64,000 nucleotides of DNA, from the NCBI GenBank assembly GCA_965262165.1, contig OZ253499.1:2808046-2872045 (forward strand), written 5' to 3'. This DNA is from Phototrophicaceae bacterium (GTDB taxonomy: Bacteria > Chloroflexota > Anaerolineae > Aggregatilineales > Phototrophicaceae). Both the position numbers and the translations under genes were made by a program. Positions within the stretch are counted from its first letter, which is position 1, and every line of letters begins with the position of its first letter. Below the pieces are notes generated by a model, which saw nothing but the letters and a program-made list of their open reading frames with translations, was not told where the DNA came from and did not search any database. Positions 29,792 to 39,770 of the stretch are shown here, in pieces.

Positions 29792-30728
29792 GAAGTCCCG
29801 ATTCAATTCAAGCGCTCCAGCAAAGATTATCCTCTTTGGAGAGCACGCCGTTGTCTACGGTATACCGGCGATTGCCGCCCCGATTCCCTCCTTGCGCGCT
29901 TATGTTTCTGCCGAGCGCACGGACCAACCGCTCAGCATTCGGTCGCTCGAGCTTGACGAAAGTATTGCAATTGACTCGCCCGAACCTAGCGCGTCGGCAC
30001 TCCCCATGCAACGGTTGCTGCGGCTGGCTTCCGAATATTTCGGCTTGAGCAATCCGAAAGGTGACCTTGCCATAAGATCGGACATCCCAATTGCGGGAGG
30101 GTTAGGAAGTGGCGCTGCCGTATCCGCCGCTGCTATCCGAGCCTTAGCCTCACTTTTTGGCCGAGAAATCACAAACGACGAATTGAACCGGCTAATATTC
30201 GAAGTAGAGAAGATTCACCACGGTACACCTAGCGGGATTGACAATACTGTCGTGGTTTATGAACGGCCAGTCTATTACAGAAAGGGAAACGAGCTTCGAT
30301 TCTTGACTGTCGGGCAACGCTGCCATTTCGTGATTGCGGATACGGGACGCGCATCAATGACGCGTGAAGCCGTCAACCTCGTTCGTCAAGGTTATGACAA
30401 ACAAGGATCAGAGACCGAGGCGATATTCCAGAAAATCAGCAGCGTTGTGGTCAACGCTCTAAGCGCTCTTGAGCGGGGCATGCATTCACAAGTTGGCGAA
30501 TTAATGAGCGAGAACCATCTATTGCTCCAGCAGCTTGGGGTATCATCTAATGAACTGGACCAGCTTGTTGACGTCAGCGTTACGGCTGGAGCCATGGGAG
30601 CCAAGCTCTCGGGCGGCGGACTGGGAGGCAACATGATCGCCTTGGTAGACGCCTCCGGCGTAGAAGCGGTTAAGCGAGCGCTAGTCCTTGCGGGCGCGCT
30701 CAAAGTCATTGACTTTGAACTACGCTGA
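29781..30728 (+). CDS. mvk: Mevalonate kinase
   Basis: 315 aa. APAKIILFGEHAVVYG and the GHMP motif PIAGGLGSGAAVSAA. The start overlaps the UbiA-like gene end by 11 nt. Confidence 0.85.
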   Translation: MPCKKSRFNSSAPAKIILFGEHAVVYGIPAIAAPIPSLRAYVSAERTDQPLSIRSLELDESIAIDSPEPSASALPMQRLLRLASEYFGLSNPKGDLAIRSDIPIAGGLGSGAAVSAAAIRALASLFGREITNDELNRLIFEVEKIHHGTPSGIDNTVVVYERPVYYRKGNELRFLTVGQRCHFVIADTGRASMTREAVNLVRQGYDKQGSETEAIFQKISSVVVNALSALERGMHSQVGELMSENHLLLQQLGVSSNELDQLVDVSVTAGAMGAKLSGGGLGGNMIALVDASGVEAVKRALVLAGALKVIDFELR

Positions 30729-30742
30729 AAGCATGATCCGAT

Positions 30743-31534
30743 ATGACAACTTTTATTAAACTTGGTGGCTCGCTCATTACAGACAAGCACAAAGCGCGAA
30801 CGTATCGGCAGGACGCCACTCGAATAATCGCTCGCCAGATCAAGACGGTATGGGAGACCGAGCCAGGCTTGCCCCTGGTCATCGGACATGGGAGTGGTTC
30901 TTTTGGGCACTTTGAAGCGAGATCTCATGACACAATTGCCGGGGCAACGACTGCGGAGCACTGGCTGGGTTTTGCCAAAGTCGCCGAGGCGGCCCTGGCG
31001 CTCAGCCACCTGCTTCTCGAAGAATTGATCCAGCAAGGATTGCCAGTAATGCGCTTTCAGCCTTCGTCGCTGATCAAATCAGCTAGTGGCAATATCGTGG
31101 AAATGCAAACAAGCTTGATCTCTCAAGCTTTGGAGCGCGGTCTCATCCCACTTGTACATGGGGACGTTGCTCTCGATAGTCAAATTGGCGGCACAATCAT
31201 TTCTACCGAGCGCATATTTGTACACTTGGCTAAGTCGCTGCCCGTAAGCAGAATCATCCTGCTTGGCGAAGTCGATGGTGTCCTGGACGTGGACGGCAGC
31301 GTGATTTCGTCGATCACAGCCGCAAGTTTCCCATCGCTAAAGCCTGTCATGGGTCGCGCTTCTGGCGTTGATGTCACCGGCGGCATGCTGCAAAAGGTAG
31401 AAGAAATGTTGGCTCTGGTTGCGGCACATCCAGGTCTGGAGGTCGTAATTGCAAATGGCCGCCAGCCGAATGCGCTGACAAATCTGATTTGTCGTAATCA
31501 GCCAATGGGCACGAGAATCGCTAGACATCCCTAG
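30743..31534 (+). CDS. Isopentenyl phosphate kinase (amino-acid-kinase fold)
   Basis: 263 aa. FIKLGGSLITDK...IGHGSGSFGH...HGDV...DVTGGM are the IPK-family motifs. It lies immediately downstream of mvk. Confidence 0.8.
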   Translation: MTTFIKLGGSLITDKHKARTYRQDATRIIARQIKTVWETEPGLPLVIGHGSGSFGHFEARSHDTIAGATTAEHWLGFAKVAEAALALSHLLLEELIQQGLPVMRFQPSSLIKSASGNIVEMQTSLISQALERGLIPLVHGDVALDSQIGGTIISTERIFVHLAKSLPVSRIILLGEVDGVLDVDGSVISSITAASFPSLKPVMGRASGVDVTGGMLQKVEEMLALVAAHPGLEVVIANGRQPNALTNLICRNQPMGTRIARHP

Positions 31535-31535
31535 A

Positions 31536-33140
31536 TCAATTGCCGTTGAGCCGCAGGTTGTAGAGCAGTGGATAGAAGCCATACGCGTCAAAACGCAGGT
31601 CGCGCACGTCCGATTGTACTAGGCGCAGGCGCACACTCTCACGTATAGGCAAGATCAGTGCATTTGTCATGATATGTGCTTGAATGTCGTAATATTGGCT
31701 GCGCCGTGCGGTGGGATCTTGCTCTTCCGCTGCCCGTAGCAACAGGTCACTCAATGTAGTGTCCTCAGCTCTGGAACTCGCAAATATTGCTTGGCTTGAG
31801 AAAATGTTGCTAAGAATAGCGGGATCGAGCCCGTAACTCTCTACTGCCACCAAGTCGTGTTCGCCCGCCTGGATGATTTCGACGAGCCGTCCAAAGCCAG
31901 GAACCGAACTAACTTCGAGATGCACGCCAATTTGTCGCCATTGTTCACGAATGAACTCAATAACTTCGGGCAACTGTCCCCAAGGCGGCGCCGCAACTGA
32001 GAGCTTGAGTGGCAGGCCATCTCGTTCCAGGATACCGTCCGCATCCAAGTCTTGATATCCGCGTTGCGCAAGTACCTCTTGTGCGAGTCCCAGATCAAAC
32101 GCCAGTTCGTTGACAAATCCAGTGTGCGAATATCCCGTGGAAACGGCGAGGGGCGCCCAGGCCACCGGTGAGTAATTGCCGAATACGTTGTTGGCAATGG
32201 CCACGCGATTGGTAGCGACAATCAACGCTCGCCTAACGTCTATATCATTGACGTGTTCGCGCTGGGTGTTGAATAGCAACTGGACCGCTTGTCCTGGAAT
32301 TTCAACGGGCAAAACCTGGACACGACTGTTGCCGGCGAGGTTTACCGCCGTCTCAGGCTCAACGTCGTCGAGAATGTCGAACGACTCGTTGAGGACGCGT
32401 TGCGCAGTCGCGCTTTGTCCTTCCACTATGTAGAACTCGACCCGCAGAACCTCGCCGCCAATTATAGGAGAGTAGATTCCCGAATTAGTTTTGTAGTCGT
32501 CGAAGCGTCGCAAAACGATTCGGTCCCCAGGCAAGTACTTTTCCAGCGCGAAAGGCCCGGTTCCTGACTGATGGAACTGAAATCTTAAGCTATTGTATGA
32601 TGCGAGCGCATGTTCGCTTGCCATGCCTAGAAAGGGCTGTGCCAAGCTGTCAAGCAAGGGAGCGAAGGGTGAATGAAAAATCAAACGAACCGTTTGCGCA
32701 TCTACGACTTCGTAATGACTAACGGGACCAAGAAGACTTCGAGCGCGACGGGAAACGGTGGCTGGATCCAGGATCCGGTCTAAATTTGCTGCGACTGACG
32801 CCGCCGAGAAAGGCGTGCCGTCATGAAACCAGATATCGTCGCGTAAATGAAACGTATACACCAGCCCATCCGATGATTTGCTCCACGAGTTTGCCAAGCC
32901 GGGGAGGAAATCTCTCGTCCGCGCATCTCGATAAACGAGCGTATCATATAGCTGTCGGAAGATTATGCCGGCTTCGGGGAGTTCCGCAATGTGGGGATCC
33001 AGAATCGGGATATCTGCGGTTAGGGCATATTTGACGCAGCGGCTATCTTGCTCACATGGCACGGGGTCTCTGTCACTGACACAACTAGAAATGGCCGACA
33101 TAATGCAGACTGCTACGGCCATAAAATAAAATTGATTCAT
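31536..33140 (-). CDS. ABC transporter substrate-binding protein, family 5 (peptide/nickel type), lipoprotein
   Basis: The ORF reaches 33272, but ATG 33140 gives MNQFYFMAVAVCIMSAISSC (signal plus lipobox Cys). It shows SBP_bac_5-like resemblance throughout. No cognate permease genes are adjacent. Confidence 0.75.
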   Translation of the reverse strand: MNQFYFMAVAVCIMSAISSCVSDRDPVPCEQDSRCVKYALTADIPILDPHIAELPEAGIIFRQLYDTLVYRDARTRDFLPGLANSWSKSSDGLVYTFHLRDDIWFHDGTPFSAASVAANLDRILDPATVSRRARSLLGPVSHYEVVDAQTVRLIFHSPFAPLLDSLAQPFLGMASEHALASYNSLRFQFHQSGTGPFALEKYLPGDRIVLRRFDDYKTNSGIYSPIIGGEVLRVEFYIVEGQSATAQRVLNESFDILDDVEPETAVNLAGNSRVQVLPVEIPGQAVQLLFNTQREHVNDIDVRRALIVATNRVAIANNVFGNYSPVAWAPLAVSTGYSHTGFVNELAFDLGLAQEVLAQRGYQDLDADGILERDGLPLKLSVAAPPWGQLPEVIEFIREQWRQIGVHLEVSSVPGFGRLVEIIQAGEHDLVAVESYGLDPAILSNIFSSQAIFASSRAEDTTLSDLLLRAAEEQDPTARRSQYYDIQAHIMTNALILPIRESVRLRLVQSDVRDLRFDAYGFYPLLYNLRLNGN

Positions 33141-33385
33141 TTCAAGTTTACCTTTTCCTGCAATGAGCTTACCATAAGCGCCGGTTGTGCGTAGCGACCT
33201 TCGAGGGAAACCCAGGCAGGTAAGGACATGCTCGTCAAATCGTCCATTCTTCGCAGGCGCCCGCATGATCAAAAGGATTCTGGTGTCTTCCTGCTGCGTT
33301 GCTTTCCATTTTACAAGTCCGTCACATTTGCGTAGCTTTTTGATATGATTGAATTGTTGCCGGGTGTTCTATTTTTGGTGCAGAT

Positions 33386-34297
33386 GTGACGGAGGCTTAT
33401 CAAGGGCTGTGGTCGTCCAGCGAGGACGCGCGCCTTAAGACAGTACCTGTATGGCGTGGTGTGGTGATACAGTTCGCCATGATAATCCCGCTCTGTCTAC
33501 TCCTGGTTGTCTTATCGGAAGCGCTGGCACTGAAACCGGAAGACGATGTCAGCCGTATTCTCACAGCTGTTTTGCTTCTGTTTGTGCCTGGCGTTTGGTT
33601 AGCAGTCGCAGTAGCTCCGGAATCTCGAAGTACCCAGCCAAGGCGACGCCTGGTTGGCGTTGCTGTGCTCTCCGCTTTGGCGGCGGCTGCCGTCGGTCTG
33701 CCGCTCGTGCAGGATTTCTTTCGTGTAGAAGAGTGGTTGCCGCTGGAGACGGTATTCCGTCGGATCATTGGATTTGCTCTGACGGCTGGCGTAGTAGATG
33801 CCTGCTTAAGGTTTTTGATTCTGAGGTTCACTATATATCCAAACGAACTGCGAAGTCGTGGTGATGCTGTTGCCTATTGCATGGCGAGCGCAATAGGCTA
33901 CGGCTCTTACCTCAATCTTGCAATGGTTTGGCAGCTTGAGCCATCACTGGCAATTGCGGCGGCCTATGTCCTGGCCAATCTTGCGATTCAATTTGCATCG
34001 GCAATGTTCATGGCTCTGGGCATTTCGGAATCCTATTTTGGCAACGCCTTTCCTCTTGTGCTTCCGATGAACCTGCTCGCCGCGGCGGCAACCACCGGGC
34101 TAATCACCCCGGTCTTCACTGGGGTAATGAGCGGACCACTTGGCACCGCGGGAAACGTAGATCGGCCACTCTTCGGCGTACTGTTTCTTGTTGCTGCAAT
34201 ATGTCTGACTGGAGCGCTGACCTTTTTCTTGTATAACGCGTCCGAGAGACGAGAACGAGAAGCGTTTGTGAGCAGCAGAGGCAATAATGGCGATTGA
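33386..34297 (+). CDS. Polytopic membrane protein (7-8 TM), function unknown; faint PrsW-like flavour only
   Basis: 303 aa, GTG start. Hydrophobic helices run throughout. I cannot identify intact catalytic motifs. Confidence 0.45.
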   Translation: MTEAYQGLWSSSEDARLKTVPVWRGVVIQFAMIIPLCLLLVVLSEALALKPEDDVSRILTAVLLLFVPGVWLAVAVAPESRSTQPRRRLVGVAVLSALAAAAVGLPLVQDFFRVEEWLPLETVFRRIIGFALTAGVVDACLRFLILRFTIYPNELRSRGDAVAYCMASAIGYGSYLNLAMVWQLEPSLAIAAAYVLANLAIQFASAMFMALGISESYFGNAFPLVLPMNLLAAAATTGLITPVFTGVMSGPLGTAGNVDRPLFGVLFLVAAICLTGALTFFLYNASERREREAFVSSRGNNGD

Positions 34298-34886
34298 TAC
34301 GGGTAGTGCGGCGGCCAACTTGTTGACGCCGCGCCAGCGGTGGTCAATGGTCTTCAGTTTCCTATTGATAGGTGTCGGTCTGATCGCAGGCATAAACCTG
34401 CGGGACAGCAGCCTCAGCCAGTCACTGATTTACAGCAATGTCGAGGCAGGTATCACAGCGCGCTACCCTTTCCGCTGGCTCCTCGATGAAGGCGAAGACT
34501 ACATTTTTCGCGTAGAGGACACTGCCCTACTGGGCTTCAACACGCTTATACAAGTCAGCACATTGCCAGTTGGGCCTAACACAACCGAGCGCAATCTTTT
34601 GGACCGTTTGACGCTTCGTCGTTCCCAGACGCTTATTGACTACACGGTACTCGGTTATGATATCTACGTATTGCCAGATGAAACGTCAGCGGTGACGATG
34701 TCATATTCATTCGTCTCTAGAGATTCGAGCCCCTTCCTGGAAGGCGTATCGTCGATTGTCGCAGGCCTGGACGTGCTCACGATCAGCCGCGGGCAAGCTG
34801 TCATCATTTCCTTTCGCGCCGACGCGAGTATATTTCAGCGTGAATTGGCAACTCTGGATCGGTTCATTCAAAGCCTTGAGTATTGA
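34287..34886 (+). CDS. Single-pass membrane-anchored protein, unknown function
   Basis: 199 aa. TM segment WSMVFSFLLIGVGLIAGI. It overlaps both neighbours, by 11 nt upstream and 4 nt downstream. Confidence 0.45.
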   Translation: MAIDTGSAAANLLTPRQRWSMVFSFLLIGVGLIAGINLRDSSLSQSLIYSNVEAGITARYPFRWLLDEGEDYIFRVEDTALLGFNTLIQVSTLPVGPNTTERNLLDRLTLRRSQTLIDYTVLGYDIYVLPDETSAVTMSYSFVSRDSSPFLEGVSSIVAGLDVLTISRGQAVIISFRADASIFQRELATLDRFIQSLEY

Positions 34887-37099
34887 CTATCGAAACGAAA
34901 ACGCTCTCAAAACTTGCTCTTGGCGGACTGCTATTTTTGCTGTTGGCGACTTCATTTACATACGCCCAAACTGATCAAGATGCCATCAAACGGGCGACCG
35001 TCTTCGTTTATCAAGTACAAAGTCTAAGCAACGATCTGATCGTGAAGTGTGTCAGTTCAGGGACCTTAATCAGCGCGGATGGATTGATCGTTACCAGTGC
35101 CCATAGCGTCCTGCCAAGCCCCAGCTGCGACGGTGAAACGCTTATCATTTCAATGAACGTCGATTTGAACGAACCGCCCGTACCAAAATATCGCGCCGAG
35201 ATCGCCAACGCCGACCAAGGTCTCGACATCGCGGTTCTGCGCATCACACGTGAACTCGACGGTCGCTTGATCGCTGCGGGCGCGCTTCCGGTACTTCCAT
35301 TTGTTGAGATCGGCGCCTCGCCTGACATTATGATCGACGACAATATATTCGTCGCGGGTTATCGCGATCTGGGCAATCAAGCGGTTGCCATTGCTCGCGG
35401 TACGATCACGGCCTTCATCTCTGAACCACGTGGCGGTGCGCGCGCTTGGTTCAAGACTCGGGCCGAACTACCCGGGACCATGTCGGGAGGAGGCGCCTAT
35501 GACAGCGCAGGACATTTAATTGGCATCCCGACCAGCGCAAAGTATGGTCGCCCGGCGGCTCAAGGTAGCTGTCGCTATATCGAAGATACCAATGCGGACG
35601 GACTTATCAACAACAGCGATCATTGCGTCCCCACTGGCGACTTTATCAGTACGATACGGCCGATTCGCTTGGCGCAACACCTGATACGCGGGGCTTCTCT
35701 GGATTTGCATGTAGAGATCCATACGGTGCCTGCCAGTGCGCTTCTTCCGGTCGACCCTCCCTCTGTCTCGCGACTCTTGTTTTCACCATCAGTGGTCGAT
35801 GGATTACCTTCAACTGTCGTCGGTTCTCTGCCCGCGAATACCAACAGCCTATACTTGTTTTTTGACTACAGAAACATGACCCCTGAAGCGGTATACGAAT
35901 TGCGAGTGACACGTGATGGCATACCGGACTCCACATTTAGCTTGCCAGCCGTGCACTGGAGTGGCGAGCAGAATGGTATGTGGTATATCGGCAGTCGCGA
36001 TCAGCCGTGGCCAAACGGGACTTATCAGTTCACGCTGCTTATCAACGGCTTGGCGGCCGGCAGCCAGCAAATCGTCGTCGGTGGAGGTGCGGATGCTTCT
36101 GCCCGGTTTAGCAATATCGTATTTGGCTTGCTCGATAACCAGGCCAACCTTGTTGGCAACGGCTATATCTTGCCCGTAGGCACCATTGCGAACGCTCGAT
36201 TTCTATTTGCCAATCTGGACAACGGAACACCATGGAGCACAATCTGGTATTACGGCGGTACGGAGGTCGGACGCACAAACGACCTATGGTCACATGGCGC
36301 AAATGGGTCTTACGTCGTTCAACTGCGACCGGTCGGCGGGCTGATTCCCGGTTCGTATCGGCTGGAACTCTACCTCGATCGCGTACTCTCCGCTACTTCG
36401 GAGTTTATCGTCGCCGGCAGTACTGGTGGCCCCTTGCCCGCTGTTTTCACTAACGGTCGTTATGCCTCGGCCTCAAGCGTGTTTGAAGCGAGAACTTCGG
36501 CAGCATCTTCAAGCTTTGCCGAAGCTGTCTCGTCCGTTTTTGCCCTTTTTGATTGGCAGCGGATCGCCGCGGGTACCGACTGGACGATTCGCTGGCTAGT
36601 TGATGATTTGCCATTTTATGAATCGACCAGTCCCTGGGTGACGGTAGAAAGTGGTTCCAACTTTGTGTTGTCTGTAGACTCACCGCCGGACGGAACATAT
36701 GAATTGCAGTTGCTGGTGAATAATTTGCAAATATTGGCTATAGAAGGCACTGTTGGCATTGGGCAGCTGCCGATTGATCGTTTGGCAGAATTCGAAGGCA
36801 CGTTGCTCAGTGGCCGCGTGCTGGATGCCGCAACCTTGAAAGGCATAGCCAGCGTAACAATTGTGTTGATCAGCGAGGACTATTCGGCAAACGAGTTTGA
36901 ATGGAAGCAAGAACAAGTATTTGCCACATCAATGACTGACCGGAATGGGAACTTCCAGTTTGCCAGACCGCTGCTCGCCGACACGCCTTACAGCATCATC
37001 GTAGTTGCAGACCGGTACCTGCCAATTAGCGCAGACAGCTTCCAGTTTAAAGCCGACCAGCGCACGGCCGATATCACCATGGAATTGGTGCGCGGGTAG
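34883..37099 (+). CDS. Secreted trypsin-like (S1/S1C) serine protease with large beta-rich middle region and C-terminal carboxypeptidase-regulatory-like domain
   Basis: 738 aa. Signal LALGGLLFLLLATSFTYAQ. Triad contexts GLIVTSAHSV (His), LDIAVLRI (Asp) and GTMSGGGAYD (Ser). C-terminus LSGRVLDAATLKGIASVTIVLIS...TDRNGNFQF. Confidence 0.7.
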   Translation: MTIETKTLSKLALGGLLFLLLATSFTYAQTDQDAIKRATVFVYQVQSLSNDLIVKCVSSGTLISADGLIVTSAHSVLPSPSCDGETLIISMNVDLNEPPVPKYRAEIANADQGLDIAVLRITRELDGRLIAAGALPVLPFVEIGASPDIMIDDNIFVAGYRDLGNQAVAIARGTITAFISEPRGGARAWFKTRAELPGTMSGGGAYDSAGHLIGIPTSAKYGRPAAQGSCRYIEDTNADGLINNSDHCVPTGDFISTIRPIRLAQHLIRGASLDLHVEIHTVPASALLPVDPPSVSRLLFSPSVVDGLPSTVVGSLPANTNSLYLFFDYRNMTPEAVYELRVTRDGIPDSTFSLPAVHWSGEQNGMWYIGSRDQPWPNGTYQFTLLINGLAAGSQQIVVGGGADASARFSNIVFGLLDNQANLVGNGYILPVGTIANARFLFANLDNGTPWSTIWYYGGTEVGRTNDLWSHGANGSYVVQLRPVGGLIPGSYRLELYLDRVLSATSEFIVAGSTGGPLPAVFTNGRYASASSVFEARTSAASSSFAEAVSSVFALFDWQRIAAGTDWTIRWLVDDLPFYESTSPWVTVESGSNFVLSVDSPPDGTYELQLLVNNLQILAIEGTVGIGQLPIDRLAEFEGTLLSGRVLDAATLKGIASVTIVLISEDYSANEFEWKQEQVFATSMTDRNGNFQFARPLLADTPYSIIVVADRYLPISADSFQFKADQRTADITMELVRG

Positions 37100-37103
37100 C
37101 TAA

Positions 37104-37898
37104 ATGACAAAAAAGCGAAGGCTGGATGTTTTGCTGTTTGAACGTGACCTTGCAGACAGCCGCAACAAAGCTGCGGCCATGATTATGGCTGCCGAAGTGA
37201 ATGTCGACGGCAAAGTTGTTGACAAACCTGGAACTTTATTCCCCGACACCGTGTCTATAAAATTAAAAGAGAAAAGGCGCTACGTCAGTCGCGGAGGATT
37301 AAAACTGGAAGCGGCGCTGCTCGAATTCAACATCGCCGCAAACGGCAAAGTTTGCGCCGATGTCGGCGCGAGCACTGGCGGATTCACGGACTGCCTGCTG
37401 CAATCGGGCGCTGCCCGAATCCACGCAATCGATGTCGGCAGCGGAATCCTCGACTATCGGATAAGACAGGATACGCGCGTTCGCCTGCTCGAACGGACTA
37501 ATGCCCGGTATCTCGATTCTCTGGGAGAATTTGTCGAATTAGTCGTCGTGGACGTTTCATTTATCTCCCTGCGGCTGATATTGCCGTCCGTAAAACGATG
37601 GCTGTTTCCGCGATCTGATGTCGTTGTCCTTGTCAAACCACAGTTCGAAGCAGGCAAGTCGGATGTTGGCAAGGGCGGAATCGTCAAAGATCCTGCGGTG
37701 CACAAGCGCGTTCTTCAAGAAATAGGAAAATATGCCATTTCTCAAGGATTGTCGGTAAGAGATCTGATGCGGTCGCCGATTACCGGACAAAAGGGAAATA
37801 TTGAATTCTTGATGTGGCTTCGCAATGACGAGGATAATGGAATCGACACCAATTATCTCGATACCATCCAGCGTTTGGTAGCTCCCAATCCTAGCTAG
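37104..37898 (+). CDS. tlyA: TlyA-family 16S/23S rRNA (cytidine-2'-O)-methyltransferase
   Basis: 264 aa. S4 RNA-binding N-terminus (RRLDVLLFERDLADSRNKAAAMI), FtsJ-like SAM motif DVGASTGGFTD, VKPQFE. Confidence 0.88.
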   Translation: MTKKRRLDVLLFERDLADSRNKAAAMIMAAEVNVDGKVVDKPGTLFPDTVSIKLKEKRRYVSRGGLKLEAALLEFNIAANGKVCADVGASTGGFTDCLLQSGAARIHAIDVGSGILDYRIRQDTRVRLLERTNARYLDSLGEFVELVVVDVSFISLRLILPSVKRWLFPRSDVVVLVKPQFEAGKSDVGKGGIVKDPAVHKRVLQEIGKYAISQGLSVRDLMRSPITGQKGNIEFLMWLRNDEDNGIDTNYLDTIQRLVAPNPS

Positions 37899-37961
37899 CC
37901 CTACACCGCCACCTGATAATCGATGATAATGAGTGCGCTACAGTCCGCAACAGAGACAACT

Positions 37962-39761
37962 ATGAATATCGATTACATTCGCAACTTCTGCATCATAGCG
38001 CACGTCGATCACGGCAAAAGTACGCTGGCAGACCGCTTGCTGGAACTGACCAACACAGTTGCCGCGCGCGAGATGCAAGAGCAACTGCTGGACAGTATGG
38101 CGCTGGAACGCGAACGAGGCGTTACCATAAAAGCATCTGCAGTACGAATGCTTTACGACGCGGGGGACGGCAACCAATATACGATCAATCTAATTGACAC
38201 TCCTGGCCACGTCGATTTCACCTACGAAGTGAGTAGAGCGTTGCAAGCCTGCGAAGGCGCGATTCTGGTCGTCGATGCCAGCCAGGGAATCGAAGCGCAG
38301 ACGCTTTCTAATGTCTATCTGGCCTTGGAACAAGACTTGGAGATCATTCCAGTTATCAACAAGATCGATCTTCCCGCAGCACAGCCTGATGACGTAGCGC
38401 AAGAAGTCGAAGAGCTCTTGGGTACGTCAGCGACCGAAATGTCCTGCATTTCGGCCAAGAACGGCGTCGGCGTGCGTGACCTCCTGGAAAAAGTTCTGGC
38501 CGAAGTGCCTCCCCCATCAACCGATAGCGATGAGCCATTCCGCGCGCTGGTATTTGACTCGCACTACGATGTATACAAAGGGGTCATCGCGTACGTTCGC
38601 GTAATCGATGGCGCGATCAATCGGCGTCAGATGCTAAAGCTCTTCGCGACAAGCGCGCGTTTTGAGCCCGTGGAAATCGGTGTCTTCGACCCAGTCATGC
38701 GCCCCGTGGAAGCATTGCGCGCGGGAGAGGTGGGGTACATCGCTACTGGCTTGAAGACCGTCCAAGAATGTCGTGTTGGCGATACCATTACCTTGGCGAA
38801 CAAAGGCAGCCAAACGCCCTTGCCTGGCTACAAGACGGTAAAGCCAATGGTGTTTGCCGGCATCTACCCTACCAATAACGAAGACTATGCCGATTTGCGT
38901 GATGCGCTTGACAAGCTGCAGCTCAACGACGCCTCGCTGGTCTTTCAACCGGAAACTTCACAAGCGCTTAATTTCGGTTTTCGGATGGGCTTTCTGGGTT
39001 TGTTCCACATGGAAATCGTGCAAGAGCGGCTGGAACGTGAATATGACCTGGACATCTTGGCGACTGCGCCAAGCGTCGAGTACCGGGTGCTACAAAATAA
39101 CGGCGAGACGGTCTTGATAGACAGCCCGGCTCTCTTGCCCGAAGAGAACGCGGTAATCGAGATTCAGGAACCGTGGATGAAGATCCAGATCTACGTGCCG
39201 CAAACATATATTGGCGCGGTCATGGACTTGGTAATCAACAAGCGTGGTCTCTACGAAACTACGGAATATCTCGATACGTCGCGCGTAATCTTGCATTTCT
39301 CGATACCGCTGTCTGAAATCATCATCGACTTCTATGACAAACTCAAAAGTGTGACCCAGGGTTATGCCAGCCTCGACTATCAGTTTCAGGAATATCGGTC
39401 CGGCGACCTGGTCAAGGTTGACGTCTTGGTTAATGGTGAGCCTGTAGACGCTTTGGCGATGATTTGCCATCGCGACGACGCCTATCACCGGGGTCAACGC
39501 CTGGTTTCCAGGCTGAAAAAGCTGATTCCAAGGCAGATGTTCACTGTGCCAGTACAGGCTGCCGTCGGCAAACGGGTTATCTCACGCGCAAACGTCAAAG
39601 CGCTAAGAAAAGATGTGCTTGCAAAGTGTTATGGCGGAGATGTGACGCGGAAGAAAAAGCTGCTGGAAAAGCAGAAAAAAGGCAAAAAGCGCATGAAAAT
39701 GATCGGCTCTGTTGAATTGCCGCAGGAGGCATTCATGGCGCTCTTGAGCCTGGATGAATAA
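37962..39761 (+). CDS. lepA: Translation elongation factor 4 (LepA)
   Basis: ATG 37962 gives MNIDYIRNFCIIAHVDHGKSTLADRLL. DTPGH and NKID GTPase motifs are present, together with the LepA-specific C-terminal domain. Confidence 0.93.
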   Translation: MNIDYIRNFCIIAHVDHGKSTLADRLLELTNTVAAREMQEQLLDSMALERERGVTIKASAVRMLYDAGDGNQYTINLIDTPGHVDFTYEVSRALQACEGAILVVDASQGIEAQTLSNVYLALEQDLEIIPVINKIDLPAAQPDDVAQEVEELLGTSATEMSCISAKNGVGVRDLLEKVLAEVPPPSTDSDEPFRALVFDSHYDVYKGVIAYVRVIDGAINRRQMLKLFATSARFEPVEIGVFDPVMRPVEALRAGEVGYIATGLKTVQECRVGDTITLANKGSQTPLPGYKTVKPMVFAGIYPTNNEDYADLRDALDKLQLNDASLVFQPETSQALNFGFRMGFLGLFHMEIVQERLEREYDLDILATAPSVEYRVLQNNGETVLIDSPALLPEENAVIEIQEPWMKIQIYVPQTYIGAVMDLVINKRGLYETTEYLDTSRVILHFSIPLSEIIIDFYDKLKSVTQGYASLDYQFQEYRSGDLVKVDVLVNGEPVDALAMICHRDDAYHRGQRLVSRLKKLIPRQMFTVPVQAAVGKRVISRANVKALRKDVLAKCYGGDVTRKKKLLEKQKKGKKRMKMIGSVELPQEAFMALLSLDE

Positions 39762-39770
39762 ACTTGTGCC

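Noticed and set aside
33141-33272. A 44-codon N-terminal extension of the substrate-binding protein ORF.
   Set aside because: The internal ATG 33140 yields a typical lipoprotein signal peptide with a lipobox Cys. The extension is hydrophilic and not signal-like.
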